Source: an uncultured delta proteobacterium (GTDB lineage Bacteria; Desulfobacterota; Desulfobaccia; Desulfobaccales; 0-14-0-80-60-11). From it: a stretch of 64,000 nt of DNA. The stretch lies in the NCBI GenBank assembly GCA_963812015.1, contig CAWETI010000003.1:1056001-1120000 (forward strand), in the 5' to 3' direction. Below, piece by piece: positions 60,503-64,000 of this stretch; positions within the stretch are counted from its first letter, which is position 1, and each line of letters begins with the position of its first letter. The notes beneath the pieces are model-generated. The model was not told the origin of the DNA. It saw only the letters and a program-made list of their open reading frames with translations, and did not search any database. Position numbers and translations under genes: made by a program.

Positions 60503-61783
60503 TCAAATCTCCGGGGTGGGCACGTCTTTCCAGGCGGTGCTTTTGGCCACCGGCCGCACATGGATGATGCGGCCGTCCTTGGCGTCCAGATCGATGAAGC
60601 CCACCGGGGTCCGGGTAACATTGCCGGCCAGGAGGTTTTCCCCGGATACCGTGGTCCCCGGGGCCGGGGTCACTTCCACCAGGATCACCCGGCGGATGTT
60701 GCAGGTATCGCAGTCCATACCCGCCAGGTTCAGCTCCACCGGGCAATGGTGCCGCCGGGCCACCGCGGGGTCCACCCCATGCATGGCCGCCATGTGGGCC
60801 GACGGTGGCCGCCTCAGATGGGCAAAGGGATGGAAGACCCAGTCGGTGATCAGGGCCACGGTGTGGTGGTGCTTGAAGAGGTGGGCCCGGTCCCCGGTAT
60901 CGGCGATCATCCCCTGCATGATGTAATCGGCGGGCATGACGTAGCCCAGGTAGGACTTATCCCCCTTGAGGAAGGGCACCTCGCCGGCGGTGGCGGCGGC
61001 GAAAATTTCGGTCAGGACTTGAGCCTCCAGGCCGTAATCCTCCGGCAGAATGGGCACCAAAGTGAGGTTGCCCGAAGTCGCCAGGGGCAGGGAGCGCAAA
61101 GTGATCTGCCGGAGCAGGACCCCGCTACCCATGACCAGGGTGACGATGAGGACCGGAATGGCCAGGTATTTTACGGTGGTGGAGGGGAACAGCCGGCGTC
61201 CCAGGGCGGCGAAGGGGGCCTCCAGCCACCGGGGCAGGAACATGCCGGTGCGCTCCTGGTAGCGCCGGTAGGATTCGTCATGCAGGCTCAGCATCCGGCG
61301 CTCTTCGTCCTTGGCCAGGAAGTAATAGAGGACGAACATGAGGGAGAGGGTGGCCAGGACGATGAACCGAGGCCAGAGGATGGCCATGCCGATGCCCCAG
61401 AGGCCCAGGGCCAGGTACTGGGGGTGGCGGATACGCCGATAGAGCCCCTTATCGGCGATGCCCCACGTAAAGATTTTGCCCAAATAGACCTGGAGGGCGC
61501 AGACTGTGAAGCTGGCCAGACCCAAGAGGAACAAGACCGACCCGGCCACCCGCACGCCCTGTAAAAACAGGGTGGGGGGGAGGATCATGTGGGGCAGAAA
61601 GAACTGGGTGGTCCAGCGGGTGGCGGCGTGGGCGCCCAGGAAATTGAAGACCGGGCTGAACACCGAATAGAAGAAAAAGGCGAAGGGGCTGATCATGATC
61701 ATGACTTCGAAGGCCATGACGAAGAAAAAGAGGATGCCGCCGGCGGCGGCGATCTTCTTGGCCAGGGGGTGTTCACCGGACAT
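60503..61783 (-). CDS. ICMT/PEMT-family membrane methyltransferase with a soluble C-terminal domain
   Basis: GLYRRIRHPQYL, EERRM...Y..YQERTGMFLP. Confidence 0.75.
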   Translation of the reverse strand: MSGEHPLAKKIAAAGGILFFFVMAFEVMIMISPFAFFFYSVFSPVFNFLGAHAATRWTTQFFLPHMILPPTLFLQGVRVAGSVLFLLGLASFTVCALQVYLGKIFTWGIADKGLYRRIRHPQYLALGLWGIGMAILWPRFIVLATLSLMFVLYYFLAKDEERRMLSLHDESYRRYQERTGMFLPRWLEAPFAALGRRLFPSTTVKYLAIPVLIVTLVMGSGVLLRQITLRSLPLATSGNLTLVPILPEDYGLEAQVLTEIFAAATAGEVPFLKGDKSYLGYVMPADYIMQGMIADTGDRAHLFKHHHTVALITDWVFHPFAHLRRPPSAHMAAMHGVDPAVARRHHCPVELNLAGMDCDTCNIRRVILVEVTPAPGTTVSGENLLAGNVTRTPVGFIDLDAKDGRIIHVRPVAKSTAWKDVPTPEI

Positions 61784-62346
61784 GGCACCGTCCTCCTGAG
61801 ACCGGATTGGGGCAAAGATGAGGGCTCTTGTTATCAATAACCCCGGGGGCGGAAAAATCCGGCGAGGGAAAAACGGGATGACCAATTTTCCCCAGCTCCC
61901 AAGCTCTCGGGTGGGAACCCAATGGGAGGCGACGCCCTGATTTGTCAGGCATTTTCTTCCAACCCCTCGATTTTACCAAATCCCCCCTCCCATAACCCCT
62001 TGCGTTATAACGATCATATATGCAATTAGTTGGTATTGTAGATAGATCAACTGATAGTGGCAAGTTATGTAACATCCCCCTGAGACCATAACCAGTAATA
62101 GTCAGGCCTTCCATTGATTGGTGGATCAAACGCCTGATTCAAAGTGAGGGGGATGATATTTCGAAAATCTGGGAAAAATTTCTCTTTTGGCAAGATTTTG
62201 CTATTATGCCTCCCAAGAAAAAATTTGGCCACAAAAAGGGGCACCTTTCGGGGTTGAACTCCGGGAGAGATGTCTACCAATGGCATTTTTAGATTTCGGT
62301 AGCCAAGGCTGCCGCATAATCTCGGATCAAGAAAGGGAGGTGAAGG

Positions 62347-63129
62347 GTGAGCGCACTGGCAATTTCTTTGGTCGCCTTTGCCTGCATCTTCGGCGGCACG
62401 CTGTTCGGTATGTTGGTTCGCACTATTCTGCCCGAACATCATGTGAGCGATGAGTCAAAGGATGCGGTGAAGCTGGGGATCGGTATGATCGCGACGCTGG
62501 CTGCGTTGGTCCTCGGCCTGCTGATCGCCTCGGCAAAGGGTAATTTTGACACGATGAGCAGTGAGCTCAGGCAGGCTGGGTCGCGGGTCATACTGCTCGA
62601 CCGCGTCATGGCCCATTATGAACCGGAGACGAAAGAAGCCCGCGATCTGCTGCGCCGCAGCCTCGCCTCCACGATCAAGCGAATATGGCCGGAAGACAAG
62701 ATTGGGCAAGCGATTACCGAGGTCCCCGAGGGGAGGGTCGATATCGAAACTATCCAGGACCAACTTCGCCAACTATCCCCACGGAACGACGCCCAACGCT
62801 GGCTTCAGTCCCGTGCCTTACAGATCAGCAGTGATATTGCCGAAGGGCGCTGGCTCCTCATCGAGCAGTTAGGGCAGAGGTCGCTGCCGATGCCGTTCTT
62901 TGTGATGTTGGTCTTCTGGCTCACCTTCATTTTCGCCAGCTTTGGCCTGTTCTCCCCCCGCAACGCCACGGTAATGACCGTTTTGCTCGTCTGCGCCTTG
63001 TCGGCCGCGGGCTCACTCTTTCTGATCCTGGAGTTGGACACCCCGTACGAAGGGCTGATAAAGGTCTCCAGTGCGCCGCTGCGCAACGCCCTCGCGCATC
63101 TCGGTAATCTTGCGCCGCTCCCGAAGTAG
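62347..63129 (+). CDS. DUF4239/bestrophin-like membrane protein
   Basis: GGAGGTG SD; ATLAALVLGLLI, LELDTPYEGLIKVS. Confidence 0.7.
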   Translation: MSALAISLVAFACIFGGTLFGMLVRTILPEHHVSDESKDAVKLGIGMIATLAALVLGLLIASAKGNFDTMSSELRQAGSRVILLDRVMAHYEPETKEARDLLRRSLASTIKRIWPEDKIGQAITEVPEGRVDIETIQDQLRQLSPRNDAQRWLQSRALQISSDIAEGRWLLIEQLGQRSLPMPFFVMLVFWLTFIFASFGLFSPRNATVMTVLLVCALSAAGSLFLILELDTPYEGLIKVSSAPLRNALAHLGNLAPLPK

Positions 63130-63570
63130 CAGGGTGGAACAGCCCCGTATATCTGCGATGTATGAGCACCTTAAATAAAATATTTAGCTGTTTATATGGT
63201 TATCAGAGCTGAATCTCATACCCAATCGGATGGTAAATTTTTTCTGCTTTTCAAGTTCCCTCTGGGGGACCGGCTCGGAGAGAAGGCTCTGCTTTGCAAG
63301 ACTGATTCGGGATGAGAAGGAATTTCCTGGTTTATTACAGTAGGTTGCCCAAGCAGGGCCTATGCCGAAAATTTGCTCTTTCGAGCAGTAATTCATGAGT
63401 CCTTGGCTCCCCCGAAATTATGAAAAGTTCCTGAGGCGCATACCCCTAACCTTGAACTTTGAACTTTGAACCTGGAACTTTTCGGAACAGGGGCTTGGGA
63501 AGAAGAGGGCAAAAGGGAAGCGGCTGGTGGCGTGGCGTGGTAGGGGTGGGGACCTTGGCTTGACGTGCTT

Positions 63571-64000
63571 TTATGCCAGGATCAAGGCCCCAGCCAGGAC
63601 CAGGATCTCCAGGACTTCGTTGGTGGCGCCCAGGACGTCGCCGGTGATGCCCCCCAGGCGGCGCTGGAAGTAGAGGCTCTCCAGCCAGACTATCGGGGCG
63701 GCGGCGCCGAAGAGCGCCAGCCCCGGGACGCCCAGGATCAGGAAGGCTAAAGCCCCGGCGCTGAGGCTGGCCCCGGCCAGGACCCGGGGGCTCACTCCCA
63801 GGGTCATGGCCTGCCCCAGGCCGCCTTCCGTCCGGGCGTAGGAGGAGAGATAAGCCAGGAGCACCATACCCCAACGGCTGACCACCGGGTAGAGCAGGAG
63901 GACTGGCGTTTTGCCGGGTTGGGCGGCCAGGGAGAGAAACAGGGAAAACTTCAGGATAAGCGCCAGGCTGAGGCTGATGACCCCAAAGGCCCCCACCCGG
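63571..64000 (-). CDS. cobS: Adenosylcobinamide-GDP ribazoletransferase (3' part; 5' end outside the window)
   Basis: GAFGV, YAR.EGGLG, RLGGITGDVLGA.NE. Confidence 0.85.
   Translation of the reverse strand, partial: RVGAFGVISLSLALILKFSLFLSLAAQPGKTPVLLLYPVVSRWGMVLLAYLSSYARTEGGLGQAMTLGVSPRVLAGASLSAGALAFLILGVPGLALFGAAAPIVWLESLYFQRRLGGITGDVLGATNEVLEILVLAGALILA

Noticed and set aside
61920..62340. Short ORFs in the AT-rich gap before the DUF4239-like gene
   Set aside because: No SD or motif support; probably promoter DNA or decayed sequence.

Overview
A GC-rich chromosomal segment, most likely from an anaerobic Desulfobacterota (deltaproteobacterial) genome, judging by gene content and order. 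Core content: a Ni/Co ECF transporter nik(MN)QO/cbiMQO; sulfur-transfer genes (DUF39 homocysteine synthesis, LarE-like, ThiI/MnmA-like); mpl, ddl, ispDF and a split arnA-arnC-arnD cluster; RNase P RNA; the rpsU-yqeY-mutS2-dnaG-rpoD-tRNA-Ile2 locus; thiDN, folC, a c-di-AMP riboswitch upstream of an APC transporter, YcaO-TPR and partial cobS. Several families of palindromic repeats fill the intergenic space, and a few AT-rich solo genes are inserted. The main findings lie below the 60-aa cutoff of the ORF track or outside ORFs. (1) Two tandem 35-36 aa membrane peptides (38441-38662) match the heme-ligating helices of cytochrome b559 PsbE and PsbF in residue spacing and gene order, with no photosynthesis genes in the window. 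(2) A conserved RNA motif occurs twice in the nickel locus, in the transporter leader and after a 53-aa His/Cys-rich peptide; it is a candidate metal-responsive attenuator. (3) A 210-bp palindromic element sits in frame in the N-terminus of a CoA-dehydratase activase. (4) An AT-rich Cys-rich gene is interrupted by one in-frame TGA. All family calls come from motif recognition by eye; no database searches were run.
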